From an uncultured Acidobacteriota bacterium (GTDB lineage: Bacteria > Acidobacteriota > Thermoanaerobaculia > Gp7-AA8), in assembly GCA_963741955.1 (NCBI GenBank), contig CAVUKB010000005.1, forward strand, positions 896,001 to 960,000: a DNA stretch of 64,000 bases, written 5' to 3'. This document shows, in pieces, positions 1 to 10,708 of this stretch. A program made the translations under genes and the position numbers. The notes below the pieces were generated by a model. It was not told the DNA's origin. It made no database searches and worked only from the letters and a program-made list of their open reading frames with translations. Every line of letters starts with the position of its first letter. Positions within the stretch are counted from its first letter, which is position 1.

Positions 1-2
1 AG

Positions 3-1370
3 CTCGGAGGAAAGATCCCGAAAGGTGTGCTCCTGATGGGGCCTCCCGGTACGGGCAAGACCCTCCTCGCTCGCGCCATTGCAGGAGAAGCCAACGTTCC
101 GTTCTTCTCGATCAGCGGCTCCGATTTCGTGGAGATGTTCGTCGGCGTCGGCGCGTCACGCGTCCGCGATCTGTTCGAACAGGGAAAGAAGAACGCTCCC
201 TGCATCATCTTCATCGACGAGATCGATGCAGTCGGCCGTCACCGCGGAGCGGGGCTCGGCGGAGGACACGATGAACGAGAGCAGACACTGAATCAGCTCC
301 TGGTCGAGATGGACGGCTTCGAAGGGAACGACGGCGTGATTCTCGTCGCCGCGACCAACCGCCCCGACGTACTCGATCCGGCGCTCCTCCGCCCCGGCCG
401 GTTCGATCGCCGCGTGGTGGTCGATCTCCCCGACCTGAAAGGTCGCGAAGGAATCCTCCGCGTGCATACCCGCAACACTCCTCTCGCCGAAGACGTCGAC
501 CTCTCGGTCGTCGCCCGCGGCACACCGGGGTTCTCCGGTGCGGATCTGGCGAACCTCGTCAACGAGTCCGCCCTCAATGCCGCCCGCTACGATCGGAAGA
601 AAGTCGGCGCGTACGACTTCGATTTCGCGAAAGACAAGGTGCTGATGGGCGTCGAGCGGAAGAGCATGGTCATGAGCGTCCGCGAGAAGAAGAACACTGC
701 GTACCACGAAGCGGGACATACCGTAGTCGCAGCAGTCCTCCCGGCCGCCGATCCGCTCCACAAGGTCACCATCATCCCGCGTGGTCGCGCCCTCGGGCTC
801 ACCCAGCAGCTTCCCACCGAGGACAAATACTCGTACTCGCGGCGCTATCTCGAGGCGACCCTCGCCGTGCTGATGGGAGGACGTGTCGCAGAAGAGATCT
901 TCCTGCAGGAGATCACCACTGGCGCCGGCAACGACATCGAGAAGGCGACCGGACTCGCGCGCCGCATGGTCTGCGAATGGGGAATGTCGACTCTCGGACC
1001 TCTCTCGTACGGCAAGAAGGAAGAGGCGATCTTCCTCGGACGTGAGTTCGCACAGCACCAGGACTTCTCCGAGAACACCGCCCGGCAGATCGACGACGAA
1101 GTGAAGTCGATCGTCGAGGTCGCGTACAAGCAGGCCCACGAACTCGTGACGCAGCACAAGAAGTCACTCGATCGCATCGCTCGCAGGCTCCTCGAGAAGG
1201 AGACTCTCGAGGGGGCGGAAGTGAACGAGATCCTTCGTGAAGACACCGGAATGGACTTCTACCGCATGAAGGATGCCTTCCCCCAGGAGGGTCCGGAAGA
1301 GGCGATGACCATCGCTCCCGGCGGCGGTTCCGACATCGACGTCCCGCTTCCGGAGCCTTCTCCGAGCTGA
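3..1370 (+). CDS. ftsH: ATP-dependent zinc metalloprotease FtsH (5' part outside window)
   Basis: Walker A GPPGTGKT, Walker [31 protein letters not shown] and HEAGH zinc motif; frame is open to the window edge. Confidence 0.98.
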   Translation, partial: LGGKIPKGVLLMGPPGTGKTLLARAIAGEANVPFFSISGSDFVEMFVGVGASRVRDLFEQGKKNAPCIIFIDEIDAVGRHRGAGLGGGHDEREQTLNQLLVEMDGFEGNDGVILVAATNRPDVLDPALLRPGRFDRRVVVDLPDLKGREGILRVHTRNTPLAEDVDLSVVARGTPGFSGADLANLVNESALNAARYDRKKVGAYDFDFAKDKVLMGVERKSMVMSVREKKNTAYHEAGHTVVAAVLPAADPLHKVTIIPRGRALGLTQQLPTEDKYSYSRRYLEATLAVLMGGRVAEEIFLQEITTGAGNDIEKATGLARRMVCEWGMSTLGPLSYGKKEEAIFLGREFAQHQDFSENTARQIDDEVKSIVEVAYKQAHELVTQHKKSLDRIARRLLEKETLEGAEVNEILREDTGMDFYRMKDAFPQEGPEEAMTIAPGGGSDIDVPLPEPSPS

Positions 1371-1395
1371 TCACTCTGAACGACGTTGCAACATG

Positions 1396-1422
1396 AAACG
1401 GCGGGCGAGAGCCCGCCGTTTT
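1396..1422 (+). terminator. Intrinsic terminator after ftsH
   Basis: Perfect stem AAACGGCGGGC-GAGA-GCCCGCCGTTT with GNRA loop and T-run. Confidence 0.8.
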
Positions 1423-1515
1423 CTCGTTGACCCCGAACCGGCGCAGGCCACTTCTCCTCTACGAGCCTCCAGCCTCGAGTCTCGAGCCTCGCGTTCCCCG
1501 AGGTACAATCCGCCC

Positions 1516-2865
1516 GTGAGCAAGCGCGCGGTCGTCTACTCCTGCAGTGAATGCGGTGCACAATCGTCGAAATGGCTCGGGCGATGTCCGGAATGCAACG
1601 CCTGGAACTCGTTCGCCGAGGAGAACGTCGCCCCGAAAGAAGCGCGGAACACGCGAAGCTTTTCCTCCGGCGGCGCGCCGGTCGCCATCGACCAGGTGGA
1701 TTTCGACGACGTTCCGCGAATCTCGACCCGGCTCCCGCACTTCGACCGGGTCCTCGGCGGAGGTGTCGTCCCCGGAAGCGTGGTGCTGGTCGGCGGCGAG
1801 CCGGGAATCGGAAAATCGACTCTCCTGCTGCAGATGGCGGAGCGGCTCAGCGGTCCAGGGCCGGTTCTCTACGTCTCGGGGGAAGAGTCGCCGCGGCAGA
1901 TCGCGCTCCGCGCGAAGCGGCTCGGAATCACCACTCCGCGGATCTCCCTCTTTCCGGAGACCTCCGCGGAGCGGATCATCGAAGCGACCGAAAAGCTCCA
2001 ACCGGTCGCGCTCATCGTCGACTCGATCCAGACCATCCACACCAGCGCGAACCAATCCGCGCCTGGATCGGTTGGGCAGGTACGCGATTGCGCCGGCATC
2101 CTGATGACGCTCGCCAAGCGCCTCTCCGTCCCGGTTTTCATGATCGGCCACATCACGAAAGAAGGGACGATCGCGGGGCCGAAGACTCTCGAGCACATCG
2201 TCGACACGGTTCTCTACTTCGAAGGCGACCGCTTTCAGAACGCGCGTATCATTCGCGCGTACAAGAATCGCTTCGGCCCGGTGAACGAGCTCGCGATGTA
2301 CGAGATGCACGACGACGGTCTGGAGGAGATCCCGAATCCCTCCGCAGCGCTCCTCGCGCAACGCTCCTCCGCTCCCGGTTCCGCGGTCGTGGTGACGGTC
2401 GAGGGCACCCGTCCCCTGATGATCGAGGTTCAGGCGCTGGTTTCCCCTTCACGTCTCGCCACACCCCGCCGGATGGCGATCGGCGTCGACGTGAATCGTC
2501 TGACGCTTCTCCTGGCGGTCCTCGAGAAACGAGGCAACTCGAACTTCCAGAACAGCGACGTCTACGCGAACGTCACCGGTGGAATCGAGCTCGATGAGCC
2601 GGCAATCGATCTCGGGATCATCGCCGCACTCCTCTCCAGCGAGAATAACCGCGCGGTCCCACACGATCTCGCCGTCTTCGGAGAGGTCGGACTCCTCGGC
2701 GAGGTCCGGTCGATCTCGCAGAGCGACGCCCGGGCGCGCGAAGCCGCGGCGCTCGGCTTCCGGAAGGTGATCCTCCCGGCCACCAACCAGCAGGAGGTCC
2801 GGGCAGACGTCGACGTGGTCGGCGTCCGTCGCATCGAAGACTTCGCCCAGCGGCTCTTCGAATGA
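1516..2865 (+). CDS. radA: DNA repair protein RadA/Sms
   Basis: CSECG...CPEC zinc finger, GEPGIGKST, KNRFG motif and Lon-like C-terminus; GTG start at 1516 chosen by homology. Confidence 0.96.
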   Translation: MSKRAVVYSCSECGAQSSKWLGRCPECNAWNSFAEENVAPKEARNTRSFSSGGAPVAIDQVDFDDVPRISTRLPHFDRVLGGGVVPGSVVLVGGEPGIGKSTLLLQMAERLSGPGPVLYVSGEESPRQIALRAKRLGITTPRISLFPETSAERIIEATEKLQPVALIVDSIQTIHTSANQSAPGSVGQVRDCAGILMTLAKRLSVPVFMIGHITKEGTIAGPKTLEHIVDTVLYFEGDRFQNARIIRAYKNRFGPVNELAMYEMHDDGLEEIPNPSAALLAQRSSAPGSAVVVTVEGTRPLMIEVQALVSPSRLATPRRMAIGVDVNRLTLLLAVLEKRGNSNFQNSDVYANVTGGIELDEPAIDLGIIAALLSSENNRAVPHDLAVFGEVGLLGEVRSISQSDARAREAAALGFRKVILPATNQQEVRADVDVVGVRRIEDFAQRLFE

Positions 2866-2914
2866 TTCCCTCGAGGAGAAAAATGCCCGATTCCGGTTAC
2901 AATGACGTCGGAAA

Positions 2915-3676
2915 ATGATCGGTCCTCGCACTCTCGCACTCCTCCTCTCGGCGGCCGTGCTCTCTTCCACCGGCTGCGTATCGCTCTCTCCCTCCTCTCA
3001 CCACGGGACGACCGATGTCGCCTCCCGGTCGGCCCGGACGGTAGCGGACGACGCGGACCAGGACGACCTCTCGCTCCTCATCTCCTCGATCCGGCACGAC
3101 CTGGGACGCTCGAAAGCGCGGGAGCGCGAACGGATGATCGAGCAGAAGCCCCGGGCGATCGCCGCCACCAGACCGGATCCATCCACCATCTCGCTCCGGA
3201 CTGCACTTCGGGCCCACACGCAGATCATGCGGATGCCGGTGGTCGGAGTGCGGGGGAACGATCTCGAGGACAACTTCGGCGCTCCGCGCGACGGAGGCCG
3301 GCGGAGACATCGCGGTCTCGATATCTTCGCGCCACGCGGGACTCCGGTCATCGCGGCGATGGATGGGCTGATCTCGTACATCGGCGTTCAACCGAAAGGT
3401 GGGCGCTGTCTCTGGCTCTCGACCGAAGCCGGGATGTCATTCTTCTACGCCCACCTCGACCAGTGGGCGCCAGGGATCTACGAAGGGATGGAAGTGACCC
3501 GTGGGACGCTGCTCGGTTACGTCGGGAACACGGGCAACGCGATCCACACACCGTCGCACCTCCACTTCACCATCATCGAGAATGACGACGCGATCGATCC
3601 CTATCCGCTGCTCAAAGCTGCCGCACCGGGACGCGTGACGTCGACGCTCGGCGCGAGTGTCGCCGGCGGGCGCTGA
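2915..3676 (+). CDS. M23 family metallopeptidase, probable lipoprotein
   Basis: HRGLD, YAHL and HLHF motifs; signal peptide ending ...STGC. Confidence 0.9.
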   Translation: MIGPRTLALLLSAAVLSSTGCVSLSPSSHHGTTDVASRSARTVADDADQDDLSLLISSIRHDLGRSKARERERMIEQKPRAIAATRPDPSTISLRTALRAHTQIMRMPVVGVRGNDLEDNFGAPRDGGRRRHRGLDIFAPRGTPVIAAMDGLISYIGVQPKGGRCLWLSTEAGMSFFYAHLDQWAPGIYEGMEVTRGTLLGYVGNTGNAIHTPSHLHFTIIENDDAIDPYPLLKAAAPGRVTSTLGASVAGGR

Positions 3677-3823
3677 CCCGACCGGCCAGGCGTGGCCGAA
3701 CTTTCAAGGACCACGGTCGACCATTCGGACGGACGCTCGAACCATCTCGCAGCCCAACGTGCGAATCCGGGGTCCAGAAGTTTGGCAACCCGCCACTGCC
3801 CGAGCGGCAGTGCCGGATCATGC

Positions 3824-3975
3824 TGTCGATGAAGATGTAAGAGTGACCCACTGCGAAGAAGTAAAAGTGGACCACCTGAGGGGAAGGGGCTCCGCCGGGG
3901 AGAGAGGCACGGGCGACCGTGCTGGGTGATGATTCCTCCGTCCGGAGGCGAGCGGAGCGAGCCGGAGGGCGAAGG
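3824..3975 (+). mobile_element. Isolated left-end fragment of the IS21-family element at 10663-14566, inverted orientation
   Basis: Near-identical to the reverse complement of ~14415-14566; begins TGTCGATGAAGATG. Confidence 0.9.
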
Positions 3976-4011
3976 TGGGCTCTTGGCGAGCCAGTCAATC
4001 GGCGGGCGGTG

Positions 4012-4049
4012 TGGATCGAAGAATCTGCGAAATCTATACTCTGTTCTCG
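4012..4049 (+). promoter_or_regulatory. Conserved TA leader with TATACT -10 box, copy 1
   Basis: 34/38 identical to 24085-24122; lies just upstream of the hicB RBS (GAGGAGG). Confidence 0.6.
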
Positions 4050-4066
4050 GGTATGAGGAGGCTTGG

Positions 4067-4273
4067 ATGAGACAGATCATCATCACTCGCGGAGAGGACG
4101 GAAAGTGGGTCGCGGAGTGTCCGAGCCTTCCGGGATGCATCACGGAAGGAGACGGCAAAGAGGCGGCGATCGCCAACGCTCGCGGCGGGATCGATCAGTA
4201 TATTGCCGCCTTGGAGGAGGATCATCTCTCGGTACCTCCGGAGAATTTTGACACTCTGGTGGTCGCAGTTTGA
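4067..4273 (+). CDS. hicB: HicB-family antitoxin, short form
   Basis: EDGKWVAECPSLPGCITEG motif; strong RBS before ATG 4067. Confidence 0.9.
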   Translation: MRQIIITRGEDGKWVAECPSLPGCITEGDGKEAAIANARGGIDQYIAALEEDHLSVPPENFDTLVVAV

Positions 4274-4490
4274 CCAAATTGCCCCGCGTTTCAGGGAGTC
4301 AGTGCATCGCCGCACTCAGCCGCGCGGGTTTTCGTATCCGCCGACAACAGTCGAGTCACGTCATTCTCCGGCGCGACCATCCATTCGCGCAACTCGTAGT
4401 GCCCGATCACAAGGAGCTCGATAGAGAACGCTCAGGGCCATCTTGCGCCAGGCCGGAGTCTCGATCGAACAGTTCGTGAAATTGCCTTGA
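4270..4490 (+). pseudogene. hicA: HicA-family mRNA interferase with a 1-nt deletion frameshift near 4426
   Basis: GF..RQQSSHVIL...VVPDHKELDR; the expected tail TLRAILRQAGVSIEQFVKLP* continues in the shifted frame. Confidence 0.85.
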
Positions 4491-5131
4491 GGGGAACGGA
4501 CACCGCTCCCTGACCGGGCACCAGCTCTCCCCGAACACTAGCAGCGAGAGGTCGATCCCGCGCGAGGCGAGAACCGAGCGCGTCGCCGAGTCGAGCTGCG
4601 GCGTCCGCTCCTGCCCGGAGCGGAAGTCGGCGGGGGTCAGGTTTTCTGTTGACTGGCTGGTTGATCGGAGTCAGGCCTTCGCTCTTCGGTCGATGCGTCC
4701 AAGTTGCTGCACGAAGACGACTTTTCCGCGAATTGAATCGGCTCGTTGCCGCGCCGGGCGACGTGGAACACGGCACCGCGAGTCTCGAGTCGAAGTGGTC
4801 GTACCAGGCGATCGAGAGTCCCTCGGCTCTCGCGCCCAGGGTTCTACTCCTTGTAGAATCGGTTCGGAGCAACGCGCCCCCTCTCGAGGGCCCGGACGAC
4901 CACTGCGGAGGGGCATCGAGTACAATCCGCGCCGAGAGACAGCGCAACCGAAGTGCTGCTTCGACAGTGGCTTAGGACGAAGAACCGACAGGCGAAGGCC
5001 TGGCCCCCATATTCGGAACTGAGACTCCACGAGCATGGACCACCGGCACGAACAAGAGCGGCACGACGAAGACCCGCAGGGCACAGCTCACGCGCCAGAT
5101 CCTCCCTTTCGCTTCGTCTCACCTCGCGCCG

Positions 5132-5911
5132 TCAAAGCATCCCTTCCACCGGCTCGGCCACCGCGTCGAAGATCTCAGCCGGGATGCGCGCCGCAGCGAG
5201 ATCGACGTCCGGGCGGCGGCTCCAAAGACGCTCGAAGAGGCGGATGCTTCCGATCTGGGTATGATCACAGACGGCGTCAGGGAAACGACCGAGCCCTTCG
5301 CTTCTAATTCTCTTTTTCCACCTCTCGGAGCGTCCAAGGATGGACTCTTTGAACTTTTCCTCATCATGATTCAATAGGCATGAATAGTACCGAGCCGTCT
5401 CCGGATTGACCGTAGGTGGCGGCGACCCGACCCACTCGCTCACCAGATCCACATTCCCCGACGCAAGTTCCGCTGTGACGAGACCCATCCAGTGAAGGTC
5501 GTTTCGCCCCGTGCGCGCCTCGGGAAACGCTCTCTCGTATATGTTCGCAAGTTTCGCGAGTGTCCGTTCATCGTTCGCCGCCAGCGCAAGCAGGAAAGGC
5601 TGCGATGCGATCCGGTCGATCAGCTCCCGATCAATCTCCTCTCCCGCCACGTACCGCTCCAGCAGATACGCCCACGCCCCCGCCGCCGCACCAAAATGCC
5701 CAAGGGCTTTGGCGTAATTCCCGAGCGCAACCTGGGTCAGGCCCAGATACTCGTGTCGCCTGCTCAGACTGGTGAACTCGTATCCGCGATCTATCCGGCC
5801 AGCGCTGATTTTCCGTATCGCGCTGGCAACCGCTCGAGTGTAAGAATCCTCCCAGCGGACGATGTCCTCCACCGTGAATGAAGGCGCTGCCTTCTTCATC
5901 GCATCCGCCAT
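5132..5911 (-). CDS. Putative immunity protein, helical, Imm49/PoNi-like
   Basis: Start overlaps the end of the upstream toxin ORF; helical composition; family assignment tentative. Confidence 0.6.
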   Translation of the reverse strand: MADAMKKAAPSFTVEDIVRWEDSYTRAVASAIRKISAGRIDRGYEFTSLSRRHEYLGLTQVALGNYAKALGHFGAAAGAWAYLLERYVAGEEIDRELIDRIASQPFLLALAANDERTLAKLANIYERAFPEARTGRNDLHWMGLVTAELASGNVDLVSEWVGSPPPTVNPETARYYSCLLNHDEEKFKESILGRSERWKKRIRSEGLGRFPDAVCDHTQIGSIRLFERLWSRRPDVDLAAARIPAEIFDAVAEPVEGML

Positions 5912-6618
5912 AGCAATGCTTGTCCTTCTCCGTTCAGAACGTTAATGTATCGGCGTGCGTACCCCTGATTCTCAAGAAGCTCGAACGCGAGACGCGCCGA
6001 GGGTATGGCACTGCCAGACAGCCGATCCTGCACCTCACGAATCCACCCCGGGCTCATCTGCCGCAGGAACGCGGTCTTCTCATCGATCTCGACCTTGATC
6101 CCGGGTCCCAGAAGCGATTCAGGATTGGCTTCCATGGAGAAGGTTCGCCGCCATTTGGATTCGAGGACCGAGATCTCGCCGGTCGCCTCCCCGCTGGCAA
6201 GCGCCGCGAGATAGCCGGATCGAGAAGTGTATCCCTTCTTCACCATCTCCGCATAGTTGTAGTACAAGGAGTCGATACCGTGGATGCTCGTGTACTTCCC
6301 CGCCCCGGCTTTGAGTAGTCCTTCTTCCATCGCCTCGATCCGTCCCGAGAGCTCCGCCATTCGTTCGTAGCGGCCACCCTTGAATACTCCATTCCGCGTC
6401 CGGCTGACAATCCGCGCTTCGGAGTCGTTCATGATCGCTTCGAGCCGTGTCCGGTACCGCTCCGCCCGGCGTGCGCTAGTGAGGTAGTGCTCCGTCCGCT
6501 CCGCGCCTTCCACCACCTCCGTCGCATGCGCAGCCTCCCGGAGGACGCGCGAGCCAGCGAGCGGCAAGAGGGTGCATGAAGCGGCACGACCCTGCTCCCA
6601 CAGGGCCGTCGGGGTCAC
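5896..6618 (-). pseudogene. Orphan toxin C-terminal fragment, PD-(D/E)xK nuclease (PoNe-like)
   Basis: GID...LESK...QMSPGWI motif; the 5' end runs into the inverted repeat at 6612 and no Rhs core is retained. Confidence 0.6.
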
Positions 6619-6826
6619 ACCTAAAAAGGAAAATTTCGTGAGGAAAAATTCGTGAGGAGAGACGGCGGTCGGCAGAGGTCAAACTGCGGCGCAAGACGAC
6701 TCCGGAAGGTACGGATCTCGCGCGAGAACGGCCCCGTCGGCCCGAGGAGTCCTCGGACAGTTCAGCGTCCGCATCCTAACAACCGCTCGGGCAGCATGTG
6801 CGAAGTTGCCGGGCGAAGTCCCGCCC

Positions 6827-7249
6827 TCAGATGCCGAGGATCTTGAGCAGCTTCGCCGTGGGGTAGACCTCGAGCGGCAGCGCGACGAAGTCGTTGTCGT
6901 TGGACCAGATCGGTACTCCGAGAGCCAGCGCGAGAGCCGCGAGCGCCACGTCGTCGGGATCCCGATGCGCGAGGTACCGCTCCGCCTCTTCCAGGCGAGA
7001 CGAGTAGTCTCGCTCGCCGTAGCGTTCCACAGGCAAATTCTCGAGCTCTTCCCGCATCTGCTCGACATCCAGCCCATACCGCGCGGCGAACTCCGGAATG
7101 TACTCCTCGATCTCGGCGATCACCGAATCGGTGGTGACTACGATCAGCTCCGGTGCCTTCTCGAACACGCGCGCGGCAGCACGATACGCAAGCGCGGCCA
7201 GCAAGACGTTGCTATCGGCGGCGACGCTTTTTAAATGCTGCGAAGTCAC
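6827..7249 (-). CDS. PIN-domain (VapC-like) toxin
   Basis: DSNVLLAAL, RDPDD and IWSNDNDF acidic PIN motifs. Confidence 0.9.
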   Translation of the reverse strand: MTSQHLKSVAADSNVLLAALAYRAAARVFEKAPELIVVTTDSVIAEIEEYIPEFAARYGLDVEQMREELENLPVERYGERDYSSRLEEAERYLAHRDPDDVALAALALALGVPIWSNDNDFVALPLEVYPTAKLLKILGI

Positions 7250-7475
7250 GGTCGATCTCCTCGTCGCTCACCCCGCGCGCGTTGAGTTGTTCCCCGATCT
7301 CTTTCGCCATGTCGAGAAACAGTTTCCGGCGGATCTCGATCGGGATCTTCCGGGGATCGTTCAGCGGAAAAAGGATCGCCGCCTGTTTGCCGTGACGGGT
7401 GACGAGCACCGGCTCGTCTCCCTCGATCAGTTCGGCCATGTGACTGCGAAACTCTCTGATGGATGTGGTCTTCAT
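7212..7475 (-). CDS. Phd/YefM-family antitoxin
   Basis: SIREFRSH...EPVLVTRHGKQAAIL; GGGAG RBS before ATG 7475. Confidence 0.9.
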   Translation of the reverse strand: MKTTSIREFRSHMAELIEGDEPVLVTRHGKQAAILFPLNDPRKIPIEIRRKLFLDMAKEIGEQLNARGVSDEEIDRDFAAFKKRRRR

Positions 7476-7504
7476 GGTGGTGCGCTCCCGAGGCATTCTC
7501 GCAC

Positions 7505-7526
7505 GTGTTCAACACTTGTGTACACA
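7505..7526. promoter_or_regulatory. Putative Phd-type operator, two adjacent palindromes
   Basis: GTGTT-C-AACAC (7505-7515) and TGTGTACACA (7517-7526) directly upstream of the antitoxin. Confidence 0.7.
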
Positions 7527-7719
7527 TTTTGATGCCCATCCGGCTCTGGTCGCCAGTCCGCCCTTTCCATGGTGGAGGGAGTTGAACCCGTGGCGCCGGA
7601 GGACTCCGGACGGACGGAACCGCCCCGTCGCAGCCTCCGTCCCTCCAGAGGAGGTCCTCAGCGGAGTTCAGCGTTCACTCGTCGACGAGCGCTCGGGCAG
7701 CACGTGCGGAGTTGGCGCA

Positions 7720-8523
7720 CCGATGATATCGTGCGCCCTCTCCCGCCGCACAAATCCCGCCTGGCGGTTTCCGTTTCCTCACGTGATCGAATCCGCGTTT
7801 CTCTTCGGGATGCTTCTCGCATTCGCCGTTCCGCGTGACGGGGAGCACAGCTCGATCTCTGCGATGATCGCGGAGAATCGATTTCTGCGCGCGCAGCTCG
7901 CGATGTTCGTGAGCCGCGGCGAGAAGCCGCGGTGCCCCAACCCGCACGAGCGGATCGAGCTCGCGTTCTGGTCGATGATGTTCGATTGGCGTGATTCGCT
8001 TCTCGTCGTCACGCCCGTGACGCTGATCCGCTGGCAGCCCAAGCTCGTCCGCCTCGACTGGGCGTGGATCTCGAAGGTCTGGTGCCGGGCCAGGCCCGGT
8101 GGAAGACGGCCACTCGAGGGGAGGCTTCAGGATCTCATCGCCCGTCTCGCCAGCGAGAATCCACTCTGGTCGCCCAGACGCATCGCGAACGAGCTGAAGG
8201 AGAAGTTCGGGATCGTCCTCTCCCCGACGACCGTCCGCAAATACCTTCGCGCGCTCCGCGGGCCGGACGATGACGGCGGGAGCCGTGCGCGTCGCGGCCA
8301 ACGCTGGACCACGTTCGTCCGCAATCACCTCGGCCAGACGCTCGCCTGTGATTTCATGACCACCACCACGCTCATGTTCAAGAAGCTCTACGTCTTCGTC
8401 CTGATGGATCTCGGCTCGCGCAGAATCGTCCGTCTCGCGGTCACCGAACATCCGACTGCGGCGTGGACCATCCAGCAGCTGCGCGACGCGATCCCGTCCT
8501 ATTCCTTTCCCCAACCCGGATGA
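7720..8523 (+). pseudogene. Integrase-core (rve) transposase, C-terminally truncated; start approximate
   Basis: ENPLWSPRRIANEL, QRWTTFVRNH and LACDF motifs; stops before the second and third DDE residues. Confidence 0.8.
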
Positions 8524-8684
8524 AAACCCCTTCTGAGGCCGGAGCCCCCGACCGATGGCCGAATCCCGTCGGTCGACACCTTCGACGCGGGTCCGAAGGA
8601 CCGGTAGAATCTTTTTCCTTTTTAGGTCTGACCCTCGAGTGGCCCTTTTCGACAAAGGACACTCTTCACTCTGCAAAGTTCGAA

Positions 8685-9116
8685 TCAACTCGTGGGAGGT
8701 AACGAGAATTGAAGTCTGCGCACACGGCTTATCGATTCAGCAATGTCGTTTTCGACTTTCCCACTTAGGCTCGACTGTATTTCTTCGAGAATTCGTATCA
8801 GATCAACAACTAGAATGCGTTGCCGTTCAATCTCGTCTGCCCTGTCGAACTGCCGCCGATCCACTTGGATGTAGCCTTCGATATGTTTCTCTTTTTTCGA
8901 GTAACGGCCAACTTTCGTTCCTCGTACTGAATTTGGCAGCTTCTCACAGTCATACTGAAATTGAACAAACACCTTCTGAAGCTCGCCTCGTACCCCAAAA
9001 TCGGCGTGGGCTGCTCCGATACTTTCATTCAGCTGATCAAATTGATCCTCAAACTCACTTGCCGATTCAGCGGAAGTCATCCAATTGGTCATCGAGTTGA
9101 GTGTTAGGAATGTCAC
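8685..9116 (-). CDS. Putative immunity protein, Imm44/Imm12-like
   Basis: Start overlaps the toxin stop; AT-richer than the flanks; RYSKKEKHIE...D..F..AD pattern. Confidence 0.65.
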   Translation of the reverse strand: MTFLTLNSMTNWMTSAESASEFEDQFDQLNESIGAAHADFGVRGELQKVFVQFQYDCEKLPNSVRGTKVGRYSKKEKHIEGYIQVDRRQFDRADEIERQRILVVDLIRILEEIQSSLSGKVENDIAESISRVRRLQFSLPPTS

Positions 9117-10492
9117 GGGCTCAAGCCTTTCTGCTGTTGGATCCTAATGTACTGCCTCTGAGCTTCCTCGAGCCCAAGAGGGAGCGTCGAGTGCAATTCT
9201 CGTTCAAGCCGAAGCATCTCGGAACGTGCCCCCTCCGCGATTATTCGCAGTTTGCCACCACCAAGCTCTGCAGCCGAATACCTCGTAGCGGGGTCGTAGG
9301 TGATTCCGAATTTCAGATGTTGGCGGACACCGTTAACCTTGGGGCCAACCTTTTGGTAGAGGTATGTCGTTCTTCTGTTCCACGGGAGACGGTCGAATGA
9401 GGCGTCGATCCTGCCAGTTACGCCGTCTACCCTTTGCAGAATGTTTGTTCGCATTCTGCTCAGCACCGTGGCGCGATGGGGAGACGGCACCGAGCCGCTT
9501 CTACCTTTCTGATACCAACGACCACTCTTGTAGTACGGGGCATCAAAGAAATGTCGCCCCGCTGCACCGACCCCTTCTCCGATGCCGCGCCCGATCGCCG
9601 CAGAACCATAAGCCTGAAGGGCACTTTGGTCGTACACCTCCATGTTGACCGTGCCCGTAATACCGACGTCGATCGCGGAGCGGACCAGTGGATTGTCGAG
9701 CTTCTCGATGTACTTCAAATCTTCGAGATGCTTCAGCTGTTTGAGATGGCCCAACCCTCCGACTGCAGCATTGATTGCAAAGTTGGAGACGATGGATCTC
9801 GTCCAGTCGAACTCTTCGCCTTCCGGAGCGAACACCCTGTGGAAGGCGTAATCGACCCCGACGTCGATTGCGGTGTTGACTCCAACCCACCCCAGGTAGG
9901 CCAGAACTGGAACGATCTCGCCTGACGGATCGCTGTTGTTGACCGGGTCATTCTTCGCAAATGCGTAGAGGTTGGACGAGTCGACGTACCCCATGGGATC
10001 CGGGGTCGCGAACGTAGCCGTGGACGGGTCGTACCATCTCGCGCGGAAGTAGACCAAACCAGTGGCCGGCTCGACGAATGGTGCAGCCTTGAGCCCGGTC
10101 AACAGTTTCGTCTTGCTGTCGGGGCTGGCGGCGAGGTAGAGATCAGGGATGGTGTAAAGCGTTTTCTGATTCGTCTGCCCGGACGATGTGTTCTCAATGA
10201 GCGTCGAGAGAGTCGCGAGCGACTCGCTCCAGGCGACCGGGGTCGCCGTCGAGGATTGTACACCGTAGAGCTTCGTCGCCCAGGCCGGGGCGGGCTGGAC
10301 CGGGGTCGTGCCCCAGGCCGGAGAACGGAGGCCCGAGCGGACCTCGAGACGAATCTCGGTCGCCTCCGAGGCAAGATCCGCCCACTGAGTCGCATCCAGC
10401 TCGACGAGGACCACGTTCGCGACCTCGGCTTTCGCCACGAGCGGATAATCCGACTCGATCGGCGTTCCGTCGACGTTCTTCCCCGTTCTGAC
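9113..10492 (-). pseudogene. Orphan Rhs core plus URI/GIY-YIG-like nuclease toxin (Tox-URI2-like)
   Basis: RARWYDP...PDPMGYVDSSNLYAFAKNDPVNNSDPSG core; tip TTYLYQK...HLKFGIT..P..RY...E; Rhs homology begins at 10492. Confidence 0.85.
10080..10492. repeat. 413-bp near-identical direct repeat of 19067-19479 (Rhs core-proximal segment)
   Basis: Same sequence at offset 8987 with a few substitutions. Confidence 0.92.
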
Positions 10493-10708
10493 CGTTCGCG
10501 AAGTGGGAGCAGCGGCGGGGCGGGAGCTTCCGGGCAGTGGAGTTGGTCGAGGCGGGATCGGGAGCATCTGATGAGATCCGGGCGTCATCCGCGATCGTGA
10601 TCACGCCTTCCGGGATTCGAGTCGAGGGGCTGACCCTCGACGGACTGGTAGAGCTGCTGCGGTGTCAATGAAGAACGAAAAGTTGACCACCCTGAAGAGT
10701 GAAAAGTT

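Larger units (their letters stand above)
6612..8634. mobile_element. ~2 kb segment bounded by 22-bp inverted repeats, carrying a PIN/Phd TA pair and a truncated transposase
   Basis: GGGTCACACCTAAAAAGGAAAA (6612-6633) versus reverse complement of 8613-8634, GGGTCAGACCTAAAAAGGAAAA: 21/22 match; no target duplication seen. Confidence 0.55.

Noticed and set aside
3697-3800. Remnant 3' end of a fourth rve element
   Set aside because: Only a short, weak resemblance (TTTCAAGGACCA) to the sequence after the other transposases
4500-5120. Possible extra orphan gene between hicA and the immunity gene
   Set aside because: Several short overlapping ORFs with no recognisable motif or RBS
6598-6618. TPTAL as a degenerate Rhs DPxGL cleavage motif
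   Set aside because: The first codons come from the inverted repeat, so the resemblance may be coincidental
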